DNA from: Bdellovibrionales bacterium
GTDB lineage: Bacteria; Bdellovibrionota; Bdellovibrionia; Bdellovibrionales; UBA1609
NCBI GenBank assembly: GCA_965203095.1
Contig: OZ241877.1
Location: 288,001 to 352,000 of the forward strand
Length of the DNA stretch: 64,000 nucleotides
Direction of reading: 5' to 3'
Below the pieces are notes generated by a model. That model was not told the DNA's origin. It did no database searches and saw only the letters and a program-made list of their open reading frames with translations. Positions 17,952 to 27,507 of this stretch are shown here, piece by piece. Each line of letters starts with the position of its first letter. The first letter of the stretch is position 1. The position numbers and the translations under genes are program-made.

Positions 17952-19946
17952 ATGAAAATGAAAAAACCAAAAGTCCAAAAACGGCAAAAAGTCTTCATTT
18001 TTTGGGCGAGTTTCGCACTTATTGGGCTTTTTTTCTACCATTTTTACGAGCAAGTCCAAAAAACTCAAGCTAAAGACTTTAACTATCCCAAGTTTCTTCA
18101 AGCTGTAGAACAGGATATGGTTGTCAAAAACAGTGTGATCTTCAACACCACTTCTAAGGAGATAATAGGCCAACTCACCCCTGCGGGCAAAAAAAAGTTT
18201 GGGGGTAAAAATTTTCTTATTGAAGGGAATGTGGACGACAAAGGTTTTGAAATTTTGAGGAATAATGGGATCACCCCCTCCTATAACAATAAGGACAATA
18301 AATTTTGGGCCACTCTTCTTTTGAGCTGGATTCCTATTCTTCTCCTGTTAGGGGTTTTTGTGTTTTTTATTCGCCAACTGCAAATAGGAAGCGGAAGAGC
18401 TTTTTCCTTTGGAAAGAGCCGGGCCCGGCTGATTTTAAACAAAGGAAAAATCACTTTTAAAGATGTGGCCGGCATTAAAGAGGCCAAAGAAGAGCTGAAA
18501 GAGATTGTGGAGTTTTTAAAAAGTCCCAAAAAATTCACTAAGCTTGGGGGTGAGATACCTAAAGGGGTCTTGCTTATTGGCCCTCCGGGAACAGGGAAAA
18601 CTTTACTCGCTCGTGCAGTGGCTGGGGAGGCCAAAGTGCCTTTTTTTACTATCTCTGGTTCCGATTTTGTGGAGGTTTTTGTAGGGGTTGGAGCCTCAAG
18701 GGTGAGAGATCTTTTTACTCAGGGGAAAAAAAATGCCCCCTGCCTGATTTTTATTGATGAGATTGATGCCGTAGGCCGGCACCGGGGAGCCGGTATGGGT
18801 GGAGGCCATGACGAAAGGGAGCAAACCCTCAATCAGCTTTTAGTGGAAATGGACGGTTTTGAAAGCCAACAAGGGGTGATTCTCATAGCGGCCACCAATC
18901 GCCCTGATGTTTTGGATCCTGCCCTTTTAAGGCCTGGCCGGTTTGACAGGAAAGTGATAGTCAGTCTCCCCGATCTTAAGGAAAGGGAGCAAATTTTAAA
19001 GGTGCATATTAAAAAAATCCCTTTGTCCTCTCAAGTGAGTCTCAATAAAATTGCCAGAGGCACACCGGGTTTTTCCGGAGCGGATCTCAAAAATCTAATT
19101 AACGAAGCCAGTTTGATGGCCGCCTTCCACAACAAACTCAAAGTGGAGATGGAGGATTTAGAAAATGCCAGGGACAAGGTGATGATGGGCTCTGAGCGAA
19201 AATCCTTTATAATGAGCGAAGAGGATAAAAAAATCACTGCTTATCACGAGGCCGGACATGCCATTGTGGGGAAAAGCCTTCCACTTTTAGATCCTATTCA
19301 CAAAGTGACTATTGTTCCGAGGGGAATGGCCCTTGGTGTCACACAAACACTTCCTAAAGAGGACCTACTCAATATGAGTAAGCAAAAAGCCAAAAACTTT
19401 TTATCTTTCCTGTTTGGGGGCCGAGTGGCGGAAGAGGAGATTTTTAAGGACTTTACCAGTGGGGCCAGCAATGACATTCAAAAAGCTACAGACTTGGCTC
19501 GCCGGATGACTTGCGAATGGGGAATGAGTGATAAAATTGGCCCTTTGTTTCTCGATCAGGGAAATTCTTCCATTTTTGTTGGAAAAAACTATAACCTCTC
19601 CACAACATATTCTGAAGAGAGTGCCAAAAATGTTGACAGCGAAATCAGCTCATTCATCCAAAACGCCTATAAAAAAGCCCAATCTATAATTAAGGAAAAG
19701 TTGAGCCAACTCCACATAATGGCCTCAGCTCTTTTAAAATTTGAAACTATTGACTCTGAAGAGGTGGATATGATTATGAAAGGCAAAAACCTCTCTGATT
19801 TGAGCCTTTACAGGAAGAAAATGTCAGACAAATTAGATGAGGAAAGGCAGGCCAGCAAAACTGAAGATAAAATCAAAAACAAGAAAAAGAAAAAGAAGAA
19901 AACACCGAACCCCTTAAGTGGCCCTGCACTTCCCAGCCCTGTATAA
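17952..19946 (+). CDS. ftsH: ATP-dependent zinc metalloprotease FtsH
   Basis: Two TM segments, [25 protein letters not shown]. Confidence 0.98.
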   Translation: MKMKKPKVQKRQKVFIFWASFALIGLFFYHFYEQVQKTQAKDFNYPKFLQAVEQDMVVKNSVIFNTTSKEIIGQLTPAGKKKFGGKNFLIEGNVDDKGFEILRNNGITPSYNNKDNKFWATLLLSWIPILLLLGVFVFFIRQLQIGSGRAFSFGKSRARLILNKGKITFKDVAGIKEAKEELKEIVEFLKSPKKFTKLGGEIPKGVLLIGPPGTGKTLLARAVAGEAKVPFFTISGSDFVEVFVGVGASRVRDLFTQGKKNAPCLIFIDEIDAVGRHRGAGMGGGHDEREQTLNQLLVEMDGFESQQGVILIAATNRPDVLDPALLRPGRFDRKVIVSLPDLKEREQILKVHIKKIPLSSQVSLNKIARGTPGFSGADLKNLINEASLMAAFHNKLKVEMEDLENARDKVMMGSERKSFIMSEEDKKITAYHEAGHAIVGKSLPLLDPIHKVTIVPRGMALGVTQTLPKEDLLNMSKQKAKNFLSFLFGGRVAEEEIFKDFTSGASNDIQKATDLARRMTCEWGMSDKIGPLFLDQGNSSIFVGKNYNLSTTYSEESAKNVDSEISSFIQNAYKKAQSIIKEKLSQLHIMASALLKFETIDSEEVDMIMKGKNLSDLSLYRKKMSDKLDEERQASKTEDKIKNKKKKKKKTPNPLSGPALPSPV

Positions 19947-19979
19947 ATAATTATTTGTGAAAAAAAATTATAGTATGTT

Positions 19980-21347
19980 ATGAGTTTTTCCAAAAAAGAA
20001 AAAAAGCTTTTTGGCACTGATGGGATCCGTGGGAGGGCCGGCACCTTCCCCATCACACCGGACATTGCCTTAAGGGTAGGGCAGGCCTTAGGTGCTCTTT
20101 TAAAAAAGAAATATTCAGAGGAAAAGCAACACACTGTTTTAATTGGGAAAGACACCCGCCTTTCCGGCTATATGTTAGAACAGGCACTGGCCAGTGGCCT
20201 CAACTCTATGGGGATTTCTGTTCAACTGACAGGCCCTCTGCCCACTCCGGGAATTGGTTTTTTGGCTCAAAATATGAGAGTTTCTGCCGGCCTGGTGATC
20301 TCTGCTTCTCACAATCCCTATTACGACAATGGCATAAAAATCTTTCTTGCAGACGGATTTAAAATCTCAAACCAAGAGGAGAGGGAAATAGAGGAGATGG
20401 TTTTTGCCAACAATTTTAAAACAGCAGGGCAAGAGCCGGGCAGAACTCGAAGGATCGTAGACTCCGCCGGCCGATACATTGTTTTTGCTAAAAACAGTTT
20501 TCCTAAAAATCAAAACTTAAAAAATATGAAAATTGTTTTAGATTGTGCTAACGGTTCTGCCTATAAAGTGGCACCGGCCATATTTAATGAGTTGGGGGCT
20601 GAACTGATAGGCTTAAGTCAAGAGCCTAATGGATACAATATCAATAAAAACTCTGGGGCCTTGTATCCAGAAAAAATAGCTCAAGCTGTTTTAAAACATA
20701 AGGCCGATGTGGGCTTGAGTTTGGATGGGGACGGCGACCGCCTGATCATGGCGGATGAAAAAGGCCGTATTTTAAATGGTGATCATATTTTAGGGATTTG
20801 CTCTATTTATCTTAAAAGCCAAAACCGCCTTCCTCAAGAGCGAGTGGTGCTGACACAAATTTCCAACAGTGGCTTAGAAGAGAGCTTAAGCCTTTATGGA
20901 ATCTCCGTTATCCGAACCGATGTGGGGGATCGAAATGTAGTGGAGGCTATGAGGAAAAACAAAATTTATCTTGGAGGAGAGCCTTCCGGCCATATTATTT
21001 TTCTTGACCACAGCAAAACAGGGGACGGCTGTATTGCAGGTTTAAATGTTTTGGCAGTGATGAGGGAGAATCATCAAAAGCTATCCTGCTTAAGAGATCA
21101 AATTAAAGAAAAACCTCAGGTTTTTTTAAAAATTCGAACAAGGCAAAAAATAGATCTGGAATCTCTTCCCGGCTACAAAGATCTGTTGGATTCGATCCAA
21201 AAGGAGCTGAAGGCAGAGGGGAGAATTTTAATTCGTTTTTCCGGCACAGAACCACTGATAAGAATATTTGTGGAGGGCCCTTCGCTCTCTCTTATTCAAG
21301 ATTTGGCAAAAAGAATCCAATCTTTTTTAGAGCGGAATTTGCCTTAA
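19980..21347 (+). CDS. glmM: phosphoglucosamine mutase
   Basis: FGTDGIRG, SASHNP, DGDGDR, GGEPSGH, RFSGTEP. Confidence 0.96.
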   Translation: MSFSKKEKKLFGTDGIRGRAGTFPITPDIALRVGQALGALLKKKYSEEKQHTVLIGKDTRLSGYMLEQALASGLNSMGISVQLTGPLPTPGIGFLAQNMRVSAGLVISASHNPYYDNGIKIFLADGFKISNQEEREIEEMVFANNFKTAGQEPGRTRRIVDSAGRYIVFAKNSFPKNQNLKNMKIVLDCANGSAYKVAPAIFNELGAELIGLSQEPNGYNINKNSGALYPEKIAQAVLKHKADVGLSLDGDGDRLIMADEKGRILNGDHILGICSIYLKSQNRLPQERVVLTQISNSGLEESLSLYGISVIRTDVGDRNVVEAMRKNKIYLGGEPSGHIIFLDHSKTGDGCIAGLNVLAVMRENHQKLSCLRDQIKEKPQVFLKIRTRQKIDLESLPGYKDLLDSIQKELKAEGRILIRFSGTEPLIRIFVEGPSLSLIQDLAKRIQSFLERNLP

Positions 21348-21443
21348 TCCTTCCCCTTAGCCTGTCTTTCCTAATTGGTGGTTCTATTGCTTTGTGCTAC
21401 TGATTGGAACTTTTTAGTTAAAGAGTCACTCTATTTTCATAGG

Positions 21444-21659
21444 CTATTGTCTTGCTAAGAGCTTATCCAGCTTTCTATTAAGCTCTTTTTGTCCAGCCTC
21501 AAGCTTTCCTATCCTCTTCTCAAGCTTAGCTATATCCTGTTTCATTGGGTCTATTTGTATTTTTAGTTTTGACTCTAAAATAGAGTTAAAAACAGCCAAA
21601 AGAAAACCTAAAACAGCCATAACTGCTATAACTGTAGAAACTGCAATCATGATCATCAT
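21444..21659 (-). CDS. small membrane-anchored coiled-coil protein
   Basis: AGGAG SD, N-terminal TM helix, heptad-rich C-terminus. Confidence 0.6.
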   Translation of the reverse strand: MMIMIAVSTVIAVMAVLGFLLAVFNSILESKLKIQIDPMKQDIAKLEKRIGKLEAGQKELNRKLDKLLARQ

Positions 21660-21849
21660 AATAGCTCCTTATGGTTTGAGTTTATATATCTATTATCGGT
21701 CCATTGCCCTGGTCTTTTGCGTGAAAATTTTGATTCATAACAATTAAATTACCTTAAGCTTATTTTTTCCTTGTCTTCAGGTTTTAAAAAGGATATATCG
21801 CTTAAAGCATGAAAATTTATCCATTTTTTATTAACTGAAAGACTTTTTT

Positions 21850-22200
21850 ATGAAAACTAAAATGGCCATTGTTTTTTTTATAACAACAGGGCTGGTTTTT
21901 CAATCCGGTTGTGACTATTTAAGAGATTCTCTTTTTTCTTCTGGATCCCATCAAAAATCTATTAGCCCTGTGCCATACACTGGCCAGGGAGCTGTTTATG
22001 TCCAAAAAAATTGTTGCCCTTGCCAAAGCGGAGGAGAGATTATCCCTTTGGCCCCAGCTCAAGCAAAAAACTATGAGAGCCAACTCCTCTCTTCTTGCCC
22101 TCAAATCCAATGCCCTCATTTGTATAATTGCGAAGATTGGAAACAAAAATGCCAAAATGCAACTTGCTCTGCTAATGTCCAAAAACAAATTCATCGGTGA
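21850..22200 (+). CDS. small cysteine-rich lipoprotein
   Basis: Lipobox-like QSGC; CCPC...CPQIQC....NC. Confidence 0.55.
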   Translation: MKTKMAIVFFITTGLVFQSGCDYLRDSLFSSGSHQKSISPVPYTGQGAVYVQKNCCPCQSGGEIIPLAPAQAKNYESQLLSSCPQIQCPHLYNCEDWKQKCQNATCSANVQKQIHR

Positions 22201-22233
22201 GTTGATTTTCAAGATGAACCACTCTTAAATATA

Positions 22234-23382
22234 ATGAAATTTTTATCCTTAAAAATTCAATTCATTTTTAATATCATTTTGGTATGTTTTTTTTATACTG
22301 TTTCAGCCAGCACATTTCCAAAAAATGAAACAGAACCAGTCCCTCAGCCAAGTATCATTTTATTCGATATAGCTCATGAAAGTTCTTCTCAAAAGGAAGA
22401 AAAACATCAAAACATCCCTAAAAGCCCCAACACCTTAAAAGATTCAGAAAAAGAGGAGGCTTGCCAATACTTTTTAAAAACAGAGCTTGAAAATGATATG
22501 TCAAAAAGTGATATGGGCTATACTCATGGCCATCTGACAAGCCTAACTCGTAAGTGCCCTGATGGGGAGGATTGGACTTTATCTTTCAACTCTCGTTTTT
22601 TTACAGAGGATTACTATTCGATTTTTAGCTACAATCCTGACGACCGTTCTGAGACTTATATCGATGTCCTTAAGTTTCAAGAGGAAAACGAGTTGTCTTT
22701 GGAATACACAAATTGGAGAGCTTTTAAAGAAATATACTATGCAGGGGGTTTAAGTATAGGAATTATATCTGATGACAAAAGGTATATTTCTGGAAAAGAA
22801 CATGAGATTTTTCATGATCATTTTAAAGGGACTAATAAGGTGATCGAAACCCGCCACTGTCCGGGGGAATATAATCCAGCTCATATCCGACTTTGCAGGG
22901 TAGATGGAAGATCTTATCAGGATGCCAGAGTGGGCGATTATGAATACCACAATGGGACAGAGGGGAATCAATTGTTCGGCTCAGGGCACATTGCTTTAGG
23001 AAAAAGCTTTTCTTTAAACTCTACCGATTCTATAAACGGTGGGGGTAGCCTCAATTTTTTTCGTATAGAATTAGGGGCGGAAATTCACTCTATGGATCAT
23101 GCCTCCAGTGCTTTTTTAGAATCGGAGTTTGCTCATCTTCTGCTGACAAAACATTTAAAAGATCATGTTTACCTCATTGCCAATGTGAGAGGCAAAAAAG
23201 GTGAAGGATCAAGGAATTGGGCCAACTCCAGCTCATTAGGATTACATGTTAAAATCTTGCCGGGCCTAAAAATTCATTACACTGTGAAAAAAAGAGATTT
23301 GCCAGAAAAACCTGCCCCCATTTACTTAGACAGTGATGATGATGATATTTTACACAGTATAGGAATAGAAATTCAATTATAA
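22234..23382 (+). CDS. exported protein, possible outer-membrane beta-barrel (LpxR-like)
   Basis: Signal peptide, ENDxxxxDxxYTHG motif, alternating beta-strand pattern, C-terminal SIGIEIQL. Confidence 0.5.
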   Translation: MKFLSLKIQFIFNIILVCFFYTVSASTFPKNETEPVPQPSIILFDIAHESSSQKEEKHQNIPKSPNTLKDSEKEEACQYFLKTELENDMSKSDMGYTHGHLTSLTRKCPDGEDWTLSFNSRFFTEDYYSIFSYNPDDRSETYIDVLKFQEENELSLEYTNWRAFKEIYYAGGLSIGIISDDKRYISGKEHEIFHDHFKGTNKVIETRHCPGEYNPAHIRLCRVDGRSYQDARVGDYEYHNGTEGNQLFGSGHIALGKSFSLNSTDSINGGGSLNFFRIELGAEIHSMDHASSAFLESEFAHLLLTKHLKDHVYLIANVRGKKGEGSRNWANSSSLGLHVKILPGLKIHYTVKKRDLPEKPAPIYLDSDDDDILHSIGIEIQL

Positions 23383-23548
23383 AAAACTCACAAACTACCC
23401 CTAACTCCCCTTCTCTGGCTCAAAATATCTTTTCTGTGCCCTGTTTTTAACCCTCATAATAACTATAAAGCATCCCTTTGTTGAAAAAAACCAAAATTAA
23501 AGACAAAGTTTCGTGCAGTTTTCAAGCAATATCGGTATAACTTGAGGC

Positions 23549-24850
23549 ATGCCTGATTTTAGAAAGTTTAAAATTTGTGATCCCCTTTACAGTTATATTC
23601 ACCTCAGCGAAGGGGAAAAAACCTTGATAAATCATCCTGCATTCCAAAGGTTGAGATCTGTCCGGCAGTTGGGCTTTTCAGAACAGGCCTTTCCCTCCGG
23701 AACACATAATCGCTTTAGCCATTCCTTAGGTGTTTGCCATTTAGCGAGTGAGGCTTTTGACAGCATTTTTAGCAAAAACAAATCTCTTTTAAGCGAATCC
23801 AAAAAACAAAGTTTTAAAACCACTATTCGCATATCAGCCCTTCTGCATGACATAGGCCATGGGCCACTGAGCCACTCCAGCGAAGCCCTTTTGCCTCCAC
23901 TAAAAACAATGGGCTTAAACAGTTTTTTAAATAGCTCTTCAAAAAGACTCGCCCGGCATGAAGACTATAGCCTAAAAATTATTATGGATAAAGAAGAGGG
24001 CTTGAATAAAGTCTTACAAATGAGTGGGGTGGATCCTTTGGCCGTGGCACAGCTTTTGCATCCTGATTTTTCTCTTGGCAAAGGTATTTTTGTGGAAAAG
24101 GGTTTGGATTTTTTACCTCTTTTAAGACAAATTATCAGCTCTGATTTTGATGTGGATCGGATGGATTATCTTTATAGGGATTCCTTATTTTGCGGTGTGA
24201 AATATGGTTGGATTGATTTTATGTGGCTGATTTCCCATTTTGATTGCCATATTGAGGGGGAGCGGGTTTTTCTCTCTGTGGGTAAAGAGGGGCTTTACAC
24301 TTTAGAAAGTTTGCTTTTGGGTCGCCAACACATGAGGTTGATTGTTTACTTTCACCACAAACCGGCCATTTACAATCAGATGCTAAAAAAATACATTGAG
24401 GATTGCCAGTGGAGACTTCCCGTAAGTCTTTCCGATTACCTTTCATGGACGGATGAAAAGCTTTTCCAGAAGTTAAAATCCGACAGCTCCAATATATGGG
24501 CCAGACGAATTATAACACAAAAAGCCTATTTGAGGCTTTATGAGGAGGTTCGCTCCAAATATTCTGGGGAACAGGTAAAAAACATTGAATTTTTAAAAGA
24601 AAGGCTAAAAACCATGGAGATAGATTTTATTGATATCAACTCAGAAGAGCACTCTATTAAACCCAAAAAGCCAGTGGCTGGGCAGGATATTTTCCTAAAA
24701 AATAAAGCTCTCCGCCATGCGATTCCCTTTCGAGAGGCCCCAGGGCTTTTAACTTTCCCCCCTCGCAAAATACAAAGGCTTTATGTGGATCCGGAAAAAT
24801 TTGCTAAAGCTCAGTCTTTACTTAAAAAACTCCCCCCGTCATTTTTGTGA
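23549..24850 (+). CDS. HD-domain phosphohydrolase (dNTPase/SAMHD1-like)
   Basis: FQRLR.VRQLG, RFSHSLG, LHDIGHGP.SH, DVDRMDYL.RD. Confidence 0.9.
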   Translation: MPDFRKFKICDPLYSYIHLSEGEKTLINHPAFQRLRSVRQLGFSEQAFPSGTHNRFSHSLGVCHLASEAFDSIFSKNKSLLSESKKQSFKTTIRISALLHDIGHGPLSHSSEALLPPLKTMGLNSFLNSSSKRLARHEDYSLKIIMDKEEGLNKVLQMSGVDPLAVAQLLHPDFSLGKGIFVEKGLDFLPLLRQIISSDFDVDRMDYLYRDSLFCGVKYGWIDFMWLISHFDCHIEGERVFLSVGKEGLYTLESLLLGRQHMRLIVYFHHKPAIYNQMLKKYIEDCQWRLPVSLSDYLSWTDEKLFQKLKSDSSNIWARRIITQKAYLRLYEEVRSKYSGEQVKNIEFLKERLKTMEIDFIDINSEEHSIKPKKPVAGQDIFLKNKALRHAIPFREAPGLLTFPPRKIQRLYVDPEKFAKAQSLLKKLPPSFL

Positions 24851-25088
24851 AAGTAGGAATCCAGAAAAGTCTGTTCTTAAGTTTCTTTGCCCAAAGGCCA
24901 GCCCCTTTCGGGACGGCAATACCTTGGACCCTTCATGGGCTGGCTTTGGGCAAAAGTCATTAAAAAGCTTGCCTCTGTCAGCGAAATACTGAACATTTAC
25001 AGGAATAACTGAGTCGACGGGATTGAGGCTTGCCGGGGGCAAGCTGAAAGATTTTTCTTGTGCGAACCATTAAATATAGACTTTTTCA
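24838..25088. repeat. composite REP/dRS3-like repeat element
   Basis: Contains a degenerate GTCATT..GGAATCCAG, the conserved-loop hairpin 24886-24954, and blocks shared with 58350-58398 (inverted) and 58569-58590. Confidence 0.75.
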
Positions 25089-25124
25089 AAGAGAGCTATT
25101 AAAAGTCAGAAGTAAGAGGTTTAT

Positions 25125-25904
25125 ATGCAATACGAGACTTTAAAATACCAACAAAAGGGGGCCTTAGCCTATTTGACTGTGAATCGGCCCAAAGCCTTAA
25201 ACGCTTTAAACTCAAAAGTTTTGGAAGAACTTTGTCACTGTCTCCGCCATTTGGATACAAAAAGTTTAAGGACAATGATCATTCAAGGGGCTGGTGAAAA
25301 ATCTTTTGTTGCGGGGGCAGATATAAAGGAGATGTCGGCTCTCAACGCTAAAGAGGCAAAGGCTTTTGCTCAAAAGGGCCAACAGGCTTTTTCCCTGTTG
25401 GAGTCTCTCCCTTTTCCAGTAATAGCTCTAATTCAAGGTTTTGCTTTGGGCGGAGGCTTAGAGCTGGCCCTGGCCTGTGATTTTTTGATTATGGATGAAG
25501 AGGCAAAAATTGGCTTTCCCGAAGTGACCTTGGGCCTGTTCCCTACTTTTGGAGGGACACAAAGGCTCACAAGGGCTATAGGTTTTTTTAAAGCTAAGGA
25601 AATGATTTTCTCTGGTGGCTTTTGGACAGCTAAGTCAGCCTACGATTTGGGCCTGATCTATGCAGTGGTGGCTAAAAACCAACTTTTGAGCCGGGCAGAA
25701 AAGCTGGCCCATGTCTTCCAAAAAAGAGGGCCTTTGGCCATAGCAGAGGCCAAGCGTCTGATTCAATCTGCAAGATCTCTCTCGCTAAAGGAAGGTTTAA
25801 AACAAGAGGCAGAAAGTTTTAGCCTTTTATTTGAGACAGAGGACTGCCGGGAGGGCATGAAAGCTTTTATCGAAAAGCGAGCACCGGAATTTAAAGGTTC
25901 TTAA
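25125..25904 (+). CDS. enoyl-CoA hydratase/crotonase family protein
   Basis: NRPKALNALN, FVAGADI, GGGLELALACD, FPEVTLG. Confidence 0.93.
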   Translation: MQYETLKYQQKGALAYLTVNRPKALNALNSKVLEELCHCLRHLDTKSLRTMIIQGAGEKSFVAGADIKEMSALNAKEAKAFAQKGQQAFSLLESLPFPVIALIQGFALGGGLELALACDFLIMDEEAKIGFPEVTLGLFPTFGGTQRLTRAIGFFKAKEMIFSGGFWTAKSAYDLGLIYAVVAKNQLLSRAEKLAHVFQKRGPLAIAEAKRLIQSARSLSLKEGLKQEAESFSLLFETEDCREGMKAFIEKRAPEFKGS

Positions 25905-26057
25905 AAAGGCTGTTTTACAAAAAAATAGCACAGTCAATAGCTTTCCGGTATCTTTCTTAAAAAAAGTGGGAGCAAACTTCTTTGGCCTTCTGGTATTTTT
26001 ATAAAAAAATTGTTTTTAGATTGGCATTTTAAACTGAATTGATATAGCCTCAACTTT

Positions 26058-26378
26058 ATGATGACAGCTAAAGAGCAGGTTGTAAAACTCATTTCCGATC
26101 ATCCCGTCATGCTTTTTATGAAGGGTTCTCCGGAACAACCTCAATGTGGCTTTTCCGCCCGAGTCACACAAATTTTAGATTTTTTAAAAGTCAAATACCA
26201 TTTTTTTGATGTTTTAACTGACGAGTCCATTCGTCAAGCTGTCAAAGAGCATGGTAAGTGGCCCACCATACCTCAACTCTATGTCAAAAAAAGTCTGTTA
26301 GGGGGGTGCGACATTATTGAGGAGCAATTTCAATCCGGCGATCTGGAAAAAAGCCTATCCGACTTCCTTCAAAAATAA
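26058..26378 (+). CDS. grxD: monothiol glutaredoxin (Grx4)
   Basis: LFMKG, CGFS, WPTIPQLY, GGCD. Confidence 0.96.
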   Translation: MMTAKEQVVKLISDHPVMLFMKGSPEQPQCGFSARVTQILDFLKVKYHFFDVLTDESIRQAVKEHGKWPTIPQLYVKKSLLGGCDIIEEQFQSGDLEKSLSDFLQK

Positions 26379-26612
26379 ATTTCAATAAAAAATGATCAGC
26401 TTTTTTGAAAAAAAATAAAGCTAAAGCCTTGCATTTTTCCAAAAATAACCTCAAAATTATATACATGGCTATAAAATTAATTTTTTTATAAAAGAAATGG
26501 AATTATAAGTAAAAGAAGAAAAAGTTAAAACTATGATTTTTTCAGGGAATTTTATTGAAAAAGATGCGAAGATCTGTGAAAATGATACTGTGCAAATGCT
26601 GGAGGCTAAACT

Positions 26613-27083
26613 ATGAAAAATAATCAAGCAATGTTTTCATTTAAGATCGATGGGAAAGATTTTGAATTGCCTAAAGAAAAGGTGACTGCGAAACAAATTA
26701 TAGAACTTGCTAAAGAAAAAGGATTGCCAGAGGCAAATCTTCCTATTGAAGATCTGACATTAAAAAGCGGAAAAGATCTTTATTCAGGGAACGAAAATGT
26801 GGATTTATCAAAGGAAAATGTTTTCTCTCTGGAGCCAAAAAAGATATATAAATTTAAAGTCAACGGGCAAGAGATGGAATCCAAGGTTAAGAATCTGACT
26901 GCGAAACAAATTATAGAACTTGCTAAAGAAAAAGGAGCTACCCTCCCCGGTGACGAACAAAGCAATCTACTTGTAGAATCTGTGGGAAAACATCAGCGTC
27001 AATTTCAGCTGGAGGAAGAAGTTAATCTCAGCCAGTTTTGTGATTTTTTACTCATTTTGAATGAGCCAACTCCTGTTGCTTGA
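26613..27083 (+). CDS. ubiquitin-like protein with two multi-ubiquitin-type beta-grasp repeats
   Basis: Two repeats F.F.(I/V)(D/N)G....TAKQIIELAKEKG....V(D/N)LS...F; GGAGG SD; first gene of an E2/E1 operon; ends NEPTPVA. Confidence 0.75.
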   Translation: MKNNQAMFSFKIDGKDFELPKEKVTAKQIIELAKEKGLPEANLPIEDLTLKSGKDLYSGNENVDLSKENVFSLEPKKIYKFKVNGQEMESKVKNLTAKQIIELAKEKGATLPGDEQSNLLVESVGKHQRQFQLEEEVNLSQFCDFLLILNEPTPVA

Positions 27084-27120
27084 AAACAGGAAATTTTAAT
27101 CATATTGAGTCTGTATAAAA

Positions 27121-27507
27121 ATGTCTGCTTTGGAAAAAATAAAATGTGAATTAGAGGGCTTGAGCTATAGTCCCTTTTATATTGACACACCACAAGGTAA
27201 AACAGTGGTTATTAACTACCATGTATTGGTCGGCAAATATAAGGGAAAACAAATTCTCCTCGGATTTTCACTTCAGGAGGAAGGATATCCAGAATATCCT
27301 CCGCATTGGATCCATATCAGCCCACCTTATAATGATCAAAAGGGGGGAACCACACAAACTTACACCCATCCAGACAATAGGGGAGAAAACCAAGAATGGT
27401 TGGCCCTGAGTCGCCCTCCTCAAGATTTTTGGGATCAATTACCTACAAAACATATCAAACATTATTTGGATCTTCATATATCTCGTTTTTGTAAAGAATT
27501 AAAATGA
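27121..27507 (+). CDS. prokaryotic E2 (UBC-fold) protein with a predicted catalytic Ser
   Basis: YPEYPPHW motif, WLALSRPP..FW, C-terminal helix; ATGA overlap with the downstream E1. Confidence 0.7.
   Translation: MSALEKIKCELEGLSYSPFYIDTPQGKTVVINYHVLVGKYKGKQILLGFSLQEEGYPEYPPHWIHISPPYNDQKGGTTQTYTHPDNRGENQEWLALSRPPQDFWDQLPTKHIKHYLDLHISRFCKELK

Noticed and set aside
23549..24850. Anti-phage dNTPase system
   Set aside because: It sits in a housekeeping context with host-like composition, and nothing links it to the defence islands
27081..27150. Stop read-through or frameshift giving the Ubl a Gly-containing tail
   Set aside because: Read-through yields an unremarkable peptide overlapping the E2 start, and there is no slippery or SECIS-like signal; a sequencing error cannot be excluded without reads
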